Positions 48,757 through 62,109 of a stretch of 64,000 nucleotides of DNA are shown here, in pieces. Numbering within the stretch: position 1 is the first letter of the stretch; each line of letters begins with the position of its first letter. This stretch comes from Okamejei kenojei (lineage: Eukaryota): the NCBI GenBank assembly GCA_035221665.1, contig CM069131.1:86056001-86120000 (forward strand), in the 5' to 3' direction. The notes below the pieces were generated by a model that had not been told where the DNA came from, did not search any database, and was given only the letters and a program-made list of their open reading frames with translations. Position numbers and translations under genes: made by a program.

Positions 48757-49674
48757 TAAGTTTATGGTGGACACGGAGAGCTTTGTGATAAGCAATGAAG
48801 GTTACTGTTGGTAGACGGGAATGCAGAGTGGTGTTTACATTCAGATCAGCCGTGATCTTATTAAATGGAGGGGCAGGCTTGAAGAGCCAGGAGCCTTACT
48901 CCTGATATAGTTTAGGCAGCAGGAGTTTGTATTTCTTTTCCTTAAAATTAGGAATATCCATCTGCCTTTAACAAGGGTAAATCACGGCAGGATTCAAAAA
49001 GAAAAATGTTACCATCTGCTGTGCCCTTCGATATTCTTTAAAACGGCTCTATTAAATTGCAGTTAGTGCCAGCAAGATACCTTTAACAGAGCATAATGTG
49101 CTGGAGGAACTCAGCAGATCAGGCAGCACCTCTGTTGGGAATGGACAGATGACCTTTAACCATTTGTAGAGTACAACAGCATTGTACAGTGATACCTCGG
49201 TGTGCACTGCAATGCTCTTCCATTATTGTAGTGCCAAACTTCTGCCTATCTACATAGTAGTGAAAATAGACTGCACTTGCTAGAAATCTGAAATAAAGAT
49301 CTGACTAAGTTTTTTCAACCTAAAACATTAGCTCCCTTTCTTTCCTCAGATGCTGCCTAGCTTCCTAAATGTATCCAGCCAATTGTTTTTATTTCCGTTG
49401 GTGCAGTGTCATGCAATGCTAAGCCAGTGCCGACCATTACTATATTCCACTTTTATACAGTATATTATTTTACCTCTTGTCACTTGAGTGAGGTATCCAT
49501 TGGCTGATTGGCCAAAATATCTCATGGTTGCCGGGGTGAGGCATCTGTGGGTTACTTGTGTCATCCCATGCTACTGAAACGACCCCAAGATTTCCTTTCA
49601 AGAGGAAGAAACTGCAGTGTCACAGAATTTAAGTGATCTACTGGAGACTGCAGGTGGGACTGGGTGGCTAACTT

Positions 49675-49950
49675 GTTTTAGTTATAGAGATATAGCATGG
49701 AAACGTGCCCTTCAGCCCACCAAGTCCTTGCCAACCATCGATCACCTATTCTCACGAGTTCTATGTTATCTCACTTTCACGTCCACTCCCTGCGCACCAA
49801 GGGCAATTTACAGAACCTGTAAGATTGCATATATGGGATATGGGAGAAAACCAGAGCACCGTGCAAACTCCACAAAGTCAGCACCCGAGGTCAGTATCAA
49901 ACCCGGGTCTCTAGTGCTTTGCGACAGCAACTCTACCAGCTGTGCCACGT
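49675..49950 (-). mobile_element. V-SINE (HE1-like)
   Basis: Reverse-complement copy (tttagttatagagatatagcatggaaac...gtgcaaactccaca...gcaactctacc). Confidence 0.75.
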
Positions 49951-50489
49951 TGACACACTGGTTGATTATTATGGAATAGAATTGAAATCTAAGTTCCAAC
50001 ATAACTTTGATATAGAAATTCCTGAAGTTCCCATGGAAACGACACATGTTAAAGAATAGCAGCCATTGATGGTGTCAGAGCATAATGAAGTTTCCTTAGG
50101 TGAAGGTTTGAATGTAGATAGTCATTTTAGTACAATGAGTAAGTTTCGTGCAACTGATAATAACATCAATTTTTAGCAGTAGATTTGCCTTGATCAGTGT
50201 CTGGGGAGCCAAGTTTACTGGGACCTAAAGGTAACCTGCATTTCTGAGCCATTTCTGTTGCAAACCTGCAAGGCCAGCAATAAATCTAGAAATCTCCCTA
50301 GTTGAGTTCAACCTGCTTCAGCAACTGACCCAAGAATGGGGTGCTCCCAGTGTGCCCATTTGACATAAAATGTGGATCAGTCGCTAATAGTGATTTTTGT
50401 ATTACCATATGACAAGGGAAGCTGCTGACATCTTTTTTCCCCCAGGCTAGTTTTATTGGATTTCTTTAGTAATCTGAATCTTTTCTAGG

Positions 50490-50622
50490 TTAGACACAAA
50501 AAGCTGGAGTAACTCAGTGGGACCGGCAGTATCTCTGGAGAGAAGGAATGGGTGAAGTTTCTCTCCAGAGATGATGCCAGTCCCGCTGAGTTACTCCAAC
50601 ATTTTGTGTCTATCTTCGGTTT
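50490..50622. mobile_element. PLE-derived foldback with deleted centre
   Basis: tagacacaaaaagctggagtaactcagtgggaccggcagtatctctggagaga / tctctccagagatgatgccagtcccgctgagttactccaacattttgtgtcta. Confidence 0.75.
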
Positions 50623-52782
50623 GAACTCATTTTTTGGAAAGAAACGGAATTTGCATTCCTATTGGGCTTTTTATGAAATTGTGATGCAACAAAAAAAAAA
50701 AATTTGAAACATGGTCACTGCTATACAGTAAGAAAATTTCAACACCATTCTCATGCTCCGGTCTCTCTCAAAGAGCAAAGTAACATGGACCAGATAACTT
50801 TGTTTTGATGGTGGCTGAGACACAATTTGATGACCAGGATACTTCCAAGAATAACCTGTTCTCATATTGTACTTTGGGATATTTTGCACCCATTTGATGG
50901 GGGTAAGACTCAAAATAAAATCATTTGTTTTGGCGGTGTTTTTGAAATATGAAGACACAGGTGTGAGGTGCTGTGTAGAAAATAGTTGGGCAGATCTACC
51001 CAGTGGGTATGAAAACCTTAGAGTTTAAAAAGAAAATAATTTGTATTTGAAATATTCAGAATGCAAAATTATATTTTGCAAAATCCATCTGAATCTGGTA
51101 CTGCCATCAAATGGAGTTTTCAAATAGAAAATAAAGATATTTATTTTGGTAAGTTTATCAAGCATGGTTGATGAACGGGTCCACCACCAATTTCCCAGCA
51201 ACTGCGCTTCCAGAGCTTTTCTGGATTAACCATTTTGCCAGACCAACGGAGGTCACAGCCTCTGAGAGGAGTTGAATGGTCTGCCTAGGTCGCTGAAGAT
51301 CTGAAATACCAGCCTGTGAAGTTGGCTCCGGCCGGGCCAGAATTACGGAGCCCTGGCTGCAGGCTGCTGATTAGCTGTCCACTAAGGGAACGGATATGCC
51401 GGCTCCAGTCAGGCCGGTGTTCCAGAACCCCGGCTGGAGGGGGACAAATTCGACACGCCAATCAGTGCCAAGTCCTGATGAGCTCGAGATCGGCCTCCTC
51501 ACCCGGACTAGGTTCAGTTTAGTTTATTGTCACGTGTACCAAGTTACAGTGAAAAGCTTTTGTTGCGTCAGCAGAAAGACAATACATGATTACAAGTGAT
51601 TCATTTACAGTGTATTGATACGTGAATACGATTCGGTGCAAGGTGCACAAAGTCCGATCAAGGATAGTCCGAGGGTCATCAAAGTGGTAGATAGTAGTTC
51701 AGCACTGCTCTCTGGTTATGGTAAGATGATTCAGTTGCCTGACAACAGCTGGGAAGAAAGTTGCACATGCAAGTAAATTGGGAAAAGAAAACTATTACAA
51801 TTTGGAGTAACAGTTGTGTGTGTTGTCTTATTGCATTTTGTAATTCCAGTGAAGAATGCGAGAGGCTAGTTTGAGTTGCGGTGAATGGATTTTAGTTTAG
51901 CGCATTGAAACTGATGCTAAATGCTGATAGCAGAAACTGGCTGAGTTTTGCACAGTGTTCCTTTGATAATGTTCTTTCTGTGAGGCCTCCTACGTTACTC
52001 TTCAGCACGTATCAGGTTGGATGTTCTCATGCGTGACATTTAAACCCGCTCTGTTGTCTCTGCAGCTTTCTCTGCCCTACTTCCTTTTCATCCTCGCCTC
52101 GTGATTTGCATTCGGACGAGAGCAGAGGACCTGTTCGGAGTGACTTGGTCGGTATTTTCTACTGGATAAACTGTCTCCATTAGTTGACTTTAGATTGCGA
52201 TCAGATGAAGCGAATCTGGTTTCAACGCAATCTGCATCATGACTTAAACTATATTTAAAAGAGATGGTATTGTTGCTACTTTGCAAATGCATTGGATTTT
52301 TTGAACTATTTCCATCTCCTTGGTGTATTAGCCTGAATTTTATTGTTTAAAGTAACCTGGATTTTGAAAATGGGGCAATCAACAATCGTTAAGATTACTC
52401 CTGCATTTAGAATGCCTATTAAAGGGCTGCTCAAAATAGCTACATAAGGAAACCTCCTTGAATCAATGGCTGCCAGACACCACAAACCCACCGGAAGAAC
52501 TCGCCATGGTTTGCTGATCATATCCAATCCCTCTTGGTGATGGTAAAAATCTGTCACTAAGGGTCAGGAGGAAGGGTGAAGTCTGATGCCTGGTTTCACT
52601 CTGTCACAGAATGAGTGGAGGCAGTTGAAGGGCTCACTATTATTTGTACCTGGTGCTTATCCATGAGCCTGCACAGCTGCAATTTTCAGCACCCTTCATC
52701 TCCATCAATATCCATCGGCAAAACTAAAGAAAACAAAATGATTGCGTGATGGGGAAAATGTAGACAAAACGTTGAAGAGTGC

Positions 52783-53087
52783 ATGGCACAGTGGTGCTGC
52801 TGGTAAAGCTGTTATGTCACAACGCTAAAGACCCAAGTTCAATCGTGACCTCAGTTGCTGTCTGTGTGGAGTTTGCACGTTCTCCCTGTGACCGCGTGGG
52901 TTTCCTCCGGGTGTTCCTGTTTCCTCCTGTGGGGCATGTGGGTCAGGAGGTTAATAGGCTGCAGTAAATTGCCCCTAATGTATAAGGAGTAGATGCAGGG
53001 ATAATGAAGAGCAAGTGTGAATGGGTGATCGATAGTTGATGTGGATTTGGTGAGCCGAAGGGCCTGTTTCAATATATCTTTCAATTA
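52783..53087 (+). mobile_element. V-SINE (HE1-like)
   Basis: Head, tgtgtggagtttgcacgttctccctgtgaccgcgtgggtttcctccggg domain, and tail. Confidence 0.75.
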
Positions 53088-53455
53088 AAAAACATGACAA
53101 CTTTTAACCTGCAAATTGTTGATATGCAGTAATATCAAACAGATAAAGGAGATGTTAAGTGGTCAGCGGAATTAAATGTGACTATGATACTTTTCATAAA
53201 ACACCTGTTTGGAATTTCTTTAGGAGCTCTCCCGTTCTGCTGAAATGTTGTACCAATGAGTTATTTGCAGGTCTTATGCCAAGCAATTGGAAAAGCTCTG
53301 AGGAAATTGCAGATGTTACTGGTTAATTCTCTGCTTAATGGTGCTCACTTGGTTGAAAAATTAGTGCCCAGAAATCGTCCAATGAAATGTGGCCCAACAG
53401 CAGACGTTCAGGAAAAAATTAAGTAAACGGTGGCCATTATCGGCCTTATCGACAA

Positions 53456-53712
53456 GTGGCACAGAGGTAGAGTTGCTGCCTTGCAGCGCCAGAGACCAGG
53501 GTTCTGTACGGAGTTTGTACATTTTCCCCGTAACCTCATCGGGTTTCCTCCCACATTCCAAAGACGTACAGGTAGGTTAATGGTTTTGGTAAAAATTGTA
53601 AATTGTCTCTAGTGTGCAGGATAGTGCTAGTGTACAGAGATCACTGTTCGGCACGGACCTGGCGGGCCAAAAGGCCTGTTTCCATGCTGTATAACTAAAC
53701 TTAATTAGACTA
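53456..53712 (+). mobile_element. V-SINE (HE1-like)
   Basis: ggtagagttgctgccttgcagcgccagagacc head and aggcctgtttccatgctgtata tail. Confidence 0.75.
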
Positions 53713-54284
53713 AAGTATAATTGGTAACAGACAAGAGCCAAAAATATATGGATATGAAGTTTTCTGCTGCAACTTGTCTAGCTTTCTTTCACCCCCACCC
53801 CTGCAATCAGTCTGAGGAAGGGTCCCGAGCTGAAACGTCAACTATCCATGCGCTCCTTGTATGCTGCCTGACTCGCTGAGCTAATCCAGCACTTTATTTC
53901 TTTCACTGAAATTACCAGTTAGCTACAGATAAAGAATACTATCTCAACTAAAGCTAAATTCTTTAGGAGGGTTATAGTGTAGGCAAACATCACAGCCAAT
54001 CTGCTCACAGCAGGATTTGACTAACACCATGAGAATAACATGTTTGAGGTGCTGGTTGAGGGATAAAGTCACAGGGATAACACTGTTAAGCTATTCTTAA
54101 GGTATTGCTATGGGATTTTTTTTTTTTAAAACAACTGAATAGTGTCTTACTTTAATCTTTTATTTAGGGTGGGACCTCCGACACAGCAACATTTCAATGG
54201 TTCAATAATTTATTGGTATGTTGTCATTTCCACTTGTACTTCACACTGGAACATCTGCCAATCAACCCATCCTTACCTGGATCC

Positions 54285-54565
54285 AAAGATAGAGACACAA
54301 AAAGCTGGAATAACTCAGTGGGTTAGACAACACCTGCGAGCAACCCGCTGAATTACTCCAGCTTTTTGTGTCTATCTTCGGTTTAAACCAGCATCTGTAG
54401 TTCCTTCCTACACTGATGGGGATCCACCTATCACTTGCAGGCTGTTGCTCCTCCTGTCTTTGTCTACCCTCTACTCCATTAATCTGAAGAAGTGTCCCAG
54501 CCTGTAAAGACACCCGTTCGCCTCCCTCCACAGATGCTGCCTGACCTCCCAGCACTTTGTTTTTA
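54285..54565. mobile_element. PLE-derived foldback plus an adjacent PLE 3' end
   Basis: agacacaaaaagctggaataactcag / gctgaattactccagctttttgtgtct arms, then a degenerate ctgaagaag...cagatgctgcctgacc module. Confidence 0.65.
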
Positions 54566-56156
54566 TTTTATCACAAAATAAATGTTGATCTCCCCACCGA
54601 CGGTGCACAATCTGTGTTGGGAATATTGTGTTTCGCAATTAAACTGTTGAATGCCTTGACCAAATTGGGTGCCAGAGTTTTGTGTAAATGAGAACTACAT
54701 CATATCCCCATTGTAGAATAGAACCTCTTTGAGCCTCGCTCCTCACCTGGTACCTGTTCCTTCCAAAGCAGTGTAATGACAGTAACAGTTCTCATGACTG
54801 GCATCTCCCCTTCTCCACTGTGCAAGAGAGGTCTTGCAAGTGACCAACTGCGTAAAAAGCAGCAGCTTAACTTGTATTACGGTATCTTCTCCAACCCCCA
54901 GCAATACAAAAGCTGGCTTGTCCTCATTGGGGCCTACTTCAAGTTTGTCATTAACTTTACTGATTGAACTTTTTTTTTTCCCTGCCCAGCTCCGGTATCC
55001 AAAGCCAGGGAGCCTCTCTCCTATCATCCTCCCACATGTTAATGCAATATGTAACCAGCCTAATCTGGCCCAGTACGATTACCTTTTCCTTTCTTCTCCT
55101 TTGGACAAATTTCCTGTTTGTAAATGAACAAACAAGATGTGAAGACAAAAAGACCATGACAGAAAGTGACTACTTTTCTGTTTAATTCCCTTCTCTGTAT
55201 TTTTGTTCCTCTTTAGGTTTTTTTACAAATTTAAAAAAAAACACAAAGAATCCAGTCACAGTGTGCTGCTTGGGGAAGGAGGGCTTGCCTTAGGAATGCA
55301 GTGCACTGTTTGCTGTTTTGTACCTTCCATTCTGCCTTTTATTTGTGTCAGACTATTACACCAGTGTGCACGAGTGTGGTTAGTCAGTGTATGTTGGGAA
55401 GCGCTGCTGGTGAAGCAAAGTTGTTTTTTTTTTTGTTTTAAAGGCTGCGTTTCATCACCGTTTCTGTCAGGTCTGAGAATTTTCCCAATGCAAAAATTAG
55501 AATATGTAAGAACGCAGGTTATTTAGCTTTTGAAATCACATTTAATAAATAAGGGATGAGGGGCTGCTGGTGTGAAGAGTGGGTGGGTTCTATGATACTT
55601 CATGGTTTTTGTTCCAAAATTGAAAAACAATTGGTATATGAGGTATCAAACACATTATTTTAATGACATTAATAGGTGTCTGATGAGGGGAGGCGGGGGG
55701 AGGAGGTGTGGTTCAAGCCTTTCAGCCCACCGAGTCCGCATCGGCCAACGATCGCTCGTACACTAGTTCTATGCCATCCCAAGTTCAGATCCTATACACT
55801 CGAGGCAATTTACAGAAGCCAATTAATCTACAAACCTGCACTACTTCGGAATGTGAAAAAAAAGAAACAACATAACAAATATGAGCTGGTGGAAGCATTA
55901 TTTTAATTATATCATTATGTCCCTGACATTTATTTTTGTTTCCCTGCTAAATGTTCTAACCTGCAAACACTCAAGCAGGCCTTTGAGGATTAGTATCATT
56001 TATAATTAGTTGCAATATTGATCTTTTGAATTGCTGATCCATTCCACCCCCCCCCCCCCCCCCCCCCCATGTGCTGAGTTTGAGGTCAGGAAAGGTTGAA
56101 TTTTTATGTCTAGATTTAAAACTAACCGCAGCAAGGATAATACTGATGTCTAATAT

Positions 56157-56400
56157 AGTTTTAGTTTACAGTCACAGCGTGGAAACAGGCCCTACGCCAC
56201 GCCGACCATCGATCACTCCGTACTCTAGTTCGATGTTGTCCCCGTTTCACATCCTGCATACTAGGGGCAATGTACAGAAGCAAATTGATCTACAAGCCTG
56301 CACGTCTTTGGAATGTGGGAACACCCGGAGGAGACCCACATGGTCGCAGGGAGAATGTACAAACTCTGCACAGACAGCACCTGTAGCCAGGATTAAACCT
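56157..56400 (-). mobile_element. V-SINE (HE1-like), 5' truncated
   Basis: Reverse-complement tail and V-domain (gggagaatgtacaaactctgcacagacagcacc). Confidence 0.7.
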
Positions 56401-56714
56401 GGCCCAAGCAAATTATGAGGTGCTGTTCTTCCAAATAGTGTGCGGCCTCTGACCCACTGAGTTATTCCAGCATTTTCTGTCTATCTTTGGAATAAAGTAG
56501 CATCTGCTGTTCCTTCCAATGCACATCACCATAAACATACGTATCTGCACTAATCTCAGCCTGGTCCAGTCTGATATCTTTCATTGCCTCAAATACAGTA
56601 AACACTCGCTCCCCTGATGACTGTATTCAGGGGTGATTGATGGTTGGCATGGACACGTTGGGCTGAATGGCCTGTTTCACTACTCTATGGCAAGTGGAAT
56701 GCTGGGCCATTTCA

Positions 56715-57050
56715 CATAGAAACAGAAAATACTGTAGGTATGTAATGGGGTAGGCTATTCGCCTCTTCGAGCCAGTACCGCCATTCAACATGATGATGAC
56801 TAATCATCTAAAATCTGTACCCCATTCCTGCTTTCTCCCCATATCCCTTGATTCCGTTAGCACTAGGAACTATATCTAACTCTCTCTTGGAAACATCCAG
56901 TGAATTGGCTTGTACTGCATTTTGTGGCAGAGAATTCCACAACTCTCTGGGTGAAAAAGTTTTTCCTCATCTCAGTCATTATTCTTAAACTGTGTCCCAT
57001 GGTTCTTAACTCCCCCAACAATGGGAACATTTTTCCTGCATCTTTCTAGC
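56715..57050 (-). mobile_element. CR1-clade LINE 3' fragment
   Basis: catagaaacagaaaat tail, tttctccccatatcccttgattcc and ggcagagaattccaca motifs. Confidence 0.75.
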
Positions 57051-58237
57051 CTGTTGCTTTGTTGAAGATTGGGGTGACGTCCCCTTGCATCAATGGCAGT
57101 TAATCAAACAATTAACCTTAAGGACTTCATAAGTGGTGATATAACATGCCCTATTTGATGCTCCTGCTTTAAGGACAGAGCTCAGTGATGTTGAAGAATG
57201 TAATGAAAAGCAAAAAGCCTTGTCAGAGGAACAACGACATTCTGTTGAGCAAAGATGCAGAGAACCATGAGGGGAACATCTGTGAGTGACAAGAAAGTTA
57301 ATTCAGTAGATTTTGAAAATGGGTGAGACCATCTTGATTAAAATTAAGAAGAAAAGAGAAATAAACAAACCCAGGATAAAGGCTAAAAGGAAATAAATCT
57401 TTGCAGGACCACACAATGAAGAAACTTTTTTTCCCTTCTCCCAGAGAAAGATTAAACCTTGAAGTAACTGAATAGCAGCGAAAAGTTGATTGCTTCCCCT
57501 CCTACAGTTCAAATTGATGAAAAAGGGCTCAATTGAAGTTGTGTTTGTTCTGTGTCTTAGACCATCTGAATTTTTTTTCAGTGGAGTGGCAGAATATACT
57601 GGTAGGAAAGGAGCCAGGGTAAGAAGTCATTGCTGGCAAACAATTGCTTCTAATCCTCACAAAATGCTGAAGAAATTCAATTTATTCTGTATTGCTCAGA
57701 ATGTTACCTAGGTCACTCAGCGATGGGAAAATTGAACTGGAAGTTGAGTTGGCCCCATCTTTGTCTCGCGCCGAGATGTTTAACCCAGGATGTAACAAAG
57801 ATTTCTGTAGAGGTTGGTGAGAACTTTGCACAATATGTTAGCGTTAGATTTTTTTTTTATTGGACGTTTTGTTTACTGGAGAGCAGCAAGGAGCTGAATG
57901 CAGAGTGCAGTGTGAGAGCACTACAATTTCAGATTGAAATGATTTTAATTAACACTTAATGACATCGATGTGTGGAATAAGTAGTTCTCATTGTTGGGCT
58001 TCCTGGGAGGTTAAACGCCCTGCTTTACTCAGCTGTACAGCTTGATTGGCATCTATTTTGTCAGAGTTGGGCTAGCCTCCTGATCATACTGCATTAAATA
58101 TACTCAGTTTAAATTATGCAAATTTAGGGATGCTTTACTTGTAGTGTGATTACTTGGATGCATTCGTCAGTAGCGATGTTACAATAAGAAGCGGCTATAA
58201 CGACTGCGGACACGACTTTTCGCGGTGAAGAAACCAG

Positions 58238-58650
58238 GAACTACAGATGATAGTTTACAAAACAAAGACACAGATGCTGGAGTAACTCAACGGGTCAGGC
58301 AGCATCCTTGGAGAAAATGGATAGGTGACATTTTGGGTCGGGACCCTTTATCAGATCTTAAGGTCCTGACCCAAAACATCACCTAATCATATGTAGGAAG
58401 GAACTGCAAAGCTGATTTATACTGAAGATGGACACAAAATGCTGGAGTAACTCAGCGGGTCAGGCAGCACCTCTGGAGAAAAACAAAAAGTAATGTCTTG
58501 GGTCAGAACCCTTCTTCGGATCCTTTTTCTCCAGGGATGCTGCCTGACCAGCTGAGTTACTCCAGCATTTTGTGTCTATCTGTCTATCACCTAATCTTGT
58601 TTTCCAGAGATGTTGTCTGACCTGCTGAGTTCCTCCAGCACTCTGCCTTT
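58238..58650. mobile_element. PLE foldback with a second foldback nested inside it
   Basis: The inner element 58389-58585 is flanked by ATCACCTAATC at 58378-58388 and 58586-58596. Confidence 0.75.
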
Positions 58651-59189
58651 ATCTTTCATAGTGACTTGGTTGGTGAAGGAATTGCTCTGTGAATACTGAA
58701 TACCTTAGATTCAATGGTACTTTATTGTTACATGCACGTAGGTGCAGTGAAATTCTGTTTTTTGCGTACAGATCAGTAAAAAAAAAATCTTACTGTACAT
58801 AGGCACAGAACATGAGTCACTTTGATAGTGGTGAGCACCAAATGTCAGTGGCAGGAAAAATGGGAGACTGTGACACAATGAATTATATCCCATTCTTGGT
58901 GGGGAGGGGATCATGTGTTGAGTGTAGTTCTGGAGCTCATTCTCTGACTGTTAGTGTGTCTTTCTTTTGTTCCGAAGTAGCCATATCATTGTATTAGCTT
59001 TGCCACCGAGTTCAACCATTTTCAGCAGCAAGTCTGAAGAAGGAGCATTATTTCAGTTCAGTGTGTTGAATCCCCTCTTTTTGAATGGAATATGTAAACA
59101 TGGGATTAGACACAGTTTTCAGGATGAAGAGTCATTGACTATGTTTCTCTCGCCATGGCTGCTACCTGACCTGCTGAATAGTTCCATTA

Positions 59190-59766
59190 CATAGAAACAT
59201 CGAAAATAGGTGCAGGAGGAGGCCATTCGTCCCTTCGAGTCAGCACCGCCATTCATTGTGATCATGGCTGATCGTCCGCTATCAATAACCCGTGCCTGCC
59301 TTCTCCCTATATCCCTATAAAATTATAAAAGGACTGGACATAGCTAGATGCAGGAAAAATGCTCCCAATGTTGGGCGAGTCCAGAACCAGGGGCCACAGT
59401 CTTAGAATAAAGGGGAGGTCATTTATGACTGAGGTGAGAAAAAAACAATTTCACCCAGAGAGTTGTGAATTTATAGAATTCCCTGCCACAGAGGGCAGTG
59501 GAGGCCAAGTCACTGGATGGATTTAAAAGAGAGTTAGATTGAGCTCTAGGGGCCAGTGGAGTCAAGGGATATAGGGAGAAGGCAGGCACGGGTTATTGAT
59601 AGCGGACGATCGGCCATGATCACAATGAATGGTGGTGCTAGCTCGAAGGGCCAAATTGCCTCCTCCTGCACCTATTTTCTATGTTTCTATGACAGTCCCG
59701 CCATCCCAGGGATCAATCTCGTGAACCTACGCTGCACTGCCGCAATCACAAGGATGTCCTTCCTCA
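59190..59766. mobile_element. Rearranged CR1 LINE forming a 127-bp-arm inverted repeat
   Basis: The minus-strand tail 59190-59316 is the reverse complement of the plus-strand tail 59565-59691. 59692-59766 is a minus-strand RKDILVIxAVQRRFTRLIPGMAGL segment. Confidence 0.85.
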
Positions 59767-61099
59767 TTACTTTTGTTTTCATAAAAAATAATTGTTTTTA
59801 CTTTTTTCTCAAGAAAGTATACATTGGATACCAAAGAAACGCTCCATGGATTCAAATGTAATGCTACTTAAAAACTGTGATTTTCCTTTTGAAAAAGTGC
59901 TATTATTTCAGTATCCAGTCTATAGTCGATGAGGCAGCTTGGTCATTGCATCCATTGCATTATGGAGTTAAGGTTGTATATAGTTTATGAGTCTGGTTGA
60001 TGAAAAGGCAGCTGCACAGTATGGAACAAATGTATGTTGGATCACAGGATAGTCTTTGAGCCTCAGTCTTTGGAGATGCACTTAGAAGCCAAATACTAAA
60101 CAATTAAGGGTTTCCTTGTTGAATTGGCAGATGCTGCTGCAAGGTATCTTATAAATGAATTGCCAGGTTGTTGAGGACACCTTGAGTGTAATGAAGAAAT
60201 GCACAGAGGAGATTACACTGAGAAAGTCAATGGTTTCAAATGCATTTGCATTCAGATTGAAAAAATCTGCACAAGCAATCAACCAAAAGCAATAGCAATT
60301 TATTGTGGCATTAAAGAAAACCACATTTGAAAATGAAAAATGATATTTATTCTGTGCAGAAGTCTAGTAATTCTTACTTTGCAAACTCTTGTCATGGGTA
60401 GGAAGCTTTTGACTTTCCAGAGGAAAGTTTAGTTTCCTTCAGTTCATCAGGGATAATTCTAGTTCAATTGCTAGTTCTGTTTACTTCCGTTTATCAGGGA
60501 TAATTCTGGTGGTGTCTTTTGGCTGCCTGATCAATTTTCCCAGTGTGAAGTGTGAAATGAAATCCAGAGGGTATTTCAAAATGGCAGCTTGTTTGCATGG
60601 TAATTCAATCCAGCACTAGCTAGAGCCAGCAAGTAACTCAGGCAGCAAGTGCTAAGCACCATGAAAGCTGTCCATTTGTACATCAGAAGTGGAAACCAGG
60701 ACAAATATTCCTATCTGTACAGCTACCGGCTTCATACTTTCAGCTAAATATGCAAAATGTTTTGTACTTGTCTCTCAGAAAATGAATAATGATATTCTTT
60801 TAACAATCCTTAAGAGTAGGAAGAGAACAGCCCAAGTTATAATTTTTTTTAAATAATTTTCATATTTTGTGACGGCTGCCAACAGTGAACAGATGTACAA
60901 ATGAGTGCTTTATGAAGAGTATCTATGTTACATGTGTCCAGTGAACTCGTGAAGTGTGATCTATTTGTCTCTAAGGCCAGGAGGATTTTCCCCGGCGCAC
61001 GGCTAGCCATCTTTAAAAACCTGGGATATTGAACGTAAAAGAGAACCTCACCAGACCTAGTAAATTGCAAATGTCAAGTACTAGTCTCACCTCGGTCGC

Positions 61100-61350
61100 T
61101 CCCTCTCCGCCCCTCTCCCATGGGCAAGAGGTACAGAGGTTTGAAAATGCGTACCTCAAGATTCAGGGTCAGTTTCTTCCCAGCTGTTCTCGAGCAACTG
61201 AACGAGTCCTCTCATCAGCTACATTGCAGCCATGAACTCTCATCTACCTCATGGAGGCCTTTGAACTATCTTTAATCGGACTTTATCTTTCACCAAATGT
61301 TGTTCCCTTTCTCCTTTATCTGTGTACTGTGGGTGGCTTGATTCTAATTA
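61100..61350 (+). mobile_element. Rex1/Babar LINE 3' end
   Basis: ctctcccatgggcaagaggtacagaggtttgaaaatgcgtacctcaagattcagggtcagtttcttccc (degenerate SGRRYR...NSFFP) and tail. Confidence 0.65.
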
Positions 61351-61354
61351 TTGT

Positions 61355-61554
61355 CAAGGGCTCCTCAGCCTACGATGGGGGTTACGTTTTGATAAATCCA
61401 TCGTAAACCAAAAATATCGCAAGTCGAAAACGCATTTAATACATTGCAATCATGTGACCGGAAGTGCAGTGCGGCTCGCTGGCATTGCCGAGGGTTTGCT
61501 GATCATAAAGTTGAAATATCGCAAGTTGAAGCATCGTAAATTGGGGAGCACCTG
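61355..61554. mobile_element. pogo/Tigger-like MITE (resembles MER47/Tigger5 ends)
   Basis: Left end gctcctcagcctacgatggggttacgt...gataaatccatcgtaa...aaatatcgcaagtcgaaaacgcatttaatac; right end catcgtaaattggggagcacctg followed by TA. Confidence 0.65.
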
Positions 61555-61850
61555 TATAGTCTTTCTGATTGGATGGCACAAACAAAAGCTCTTCATTATA
61601 TCTTGGTACACGTATGGGCGTATGGACCAAGTGCAGGCAGGTGGGACTAGTGTAGTTGGGACATGTTGGCCGGTATGGACAAGTTGGGCCGAAAGGCCTG
61701 TTTCCGCACTGTATCACTCTATGTCTCTATGAAATGACAATAAAGAACTAAATTACAACTAAATATTGAAAGGAAACGAAAGGTCCAATCCCAACCAGAA
61801 ATATGTAGCTGTCTTGACTGCATCTAAGAGAAAAGGCAGGTAAAGGCTTA

Positions 61851-62042
61851 AGGGCCTGACCCACTTGGGCGGCATTTGCGCGTCACGCGGGTGGTGCGTG
61901 AAGATTCTGAAAATCCCTAAATCCTGGGGTGCCGTGTATGACCGCGCGTCACTGCTACGTCACCGCGCACGTAATGCACGGCACGTGCATAAATGATGTC
62001 GCGTAAATGACATGCAAATGATGCCCAAGTGGGACAGCCCCT
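61851..62042. mobile_element. PIF/Harbinger-like MITE, 192 bp
   Basis: TTA-AGGGCCTGACCCACTTGGGC...GCCCAAGTGGGACAGCCCCT-TTA; 3-bp TTA duplication; termini related to 48060-48756. Confidence 0.8.
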
Positions 62043-62109
62043 TTAGTAGGGAATGTTCTGACATTGACTAAAAAATATTGAACAAAATGTGTTCCTTCGT
62101 TTTCAGGTT

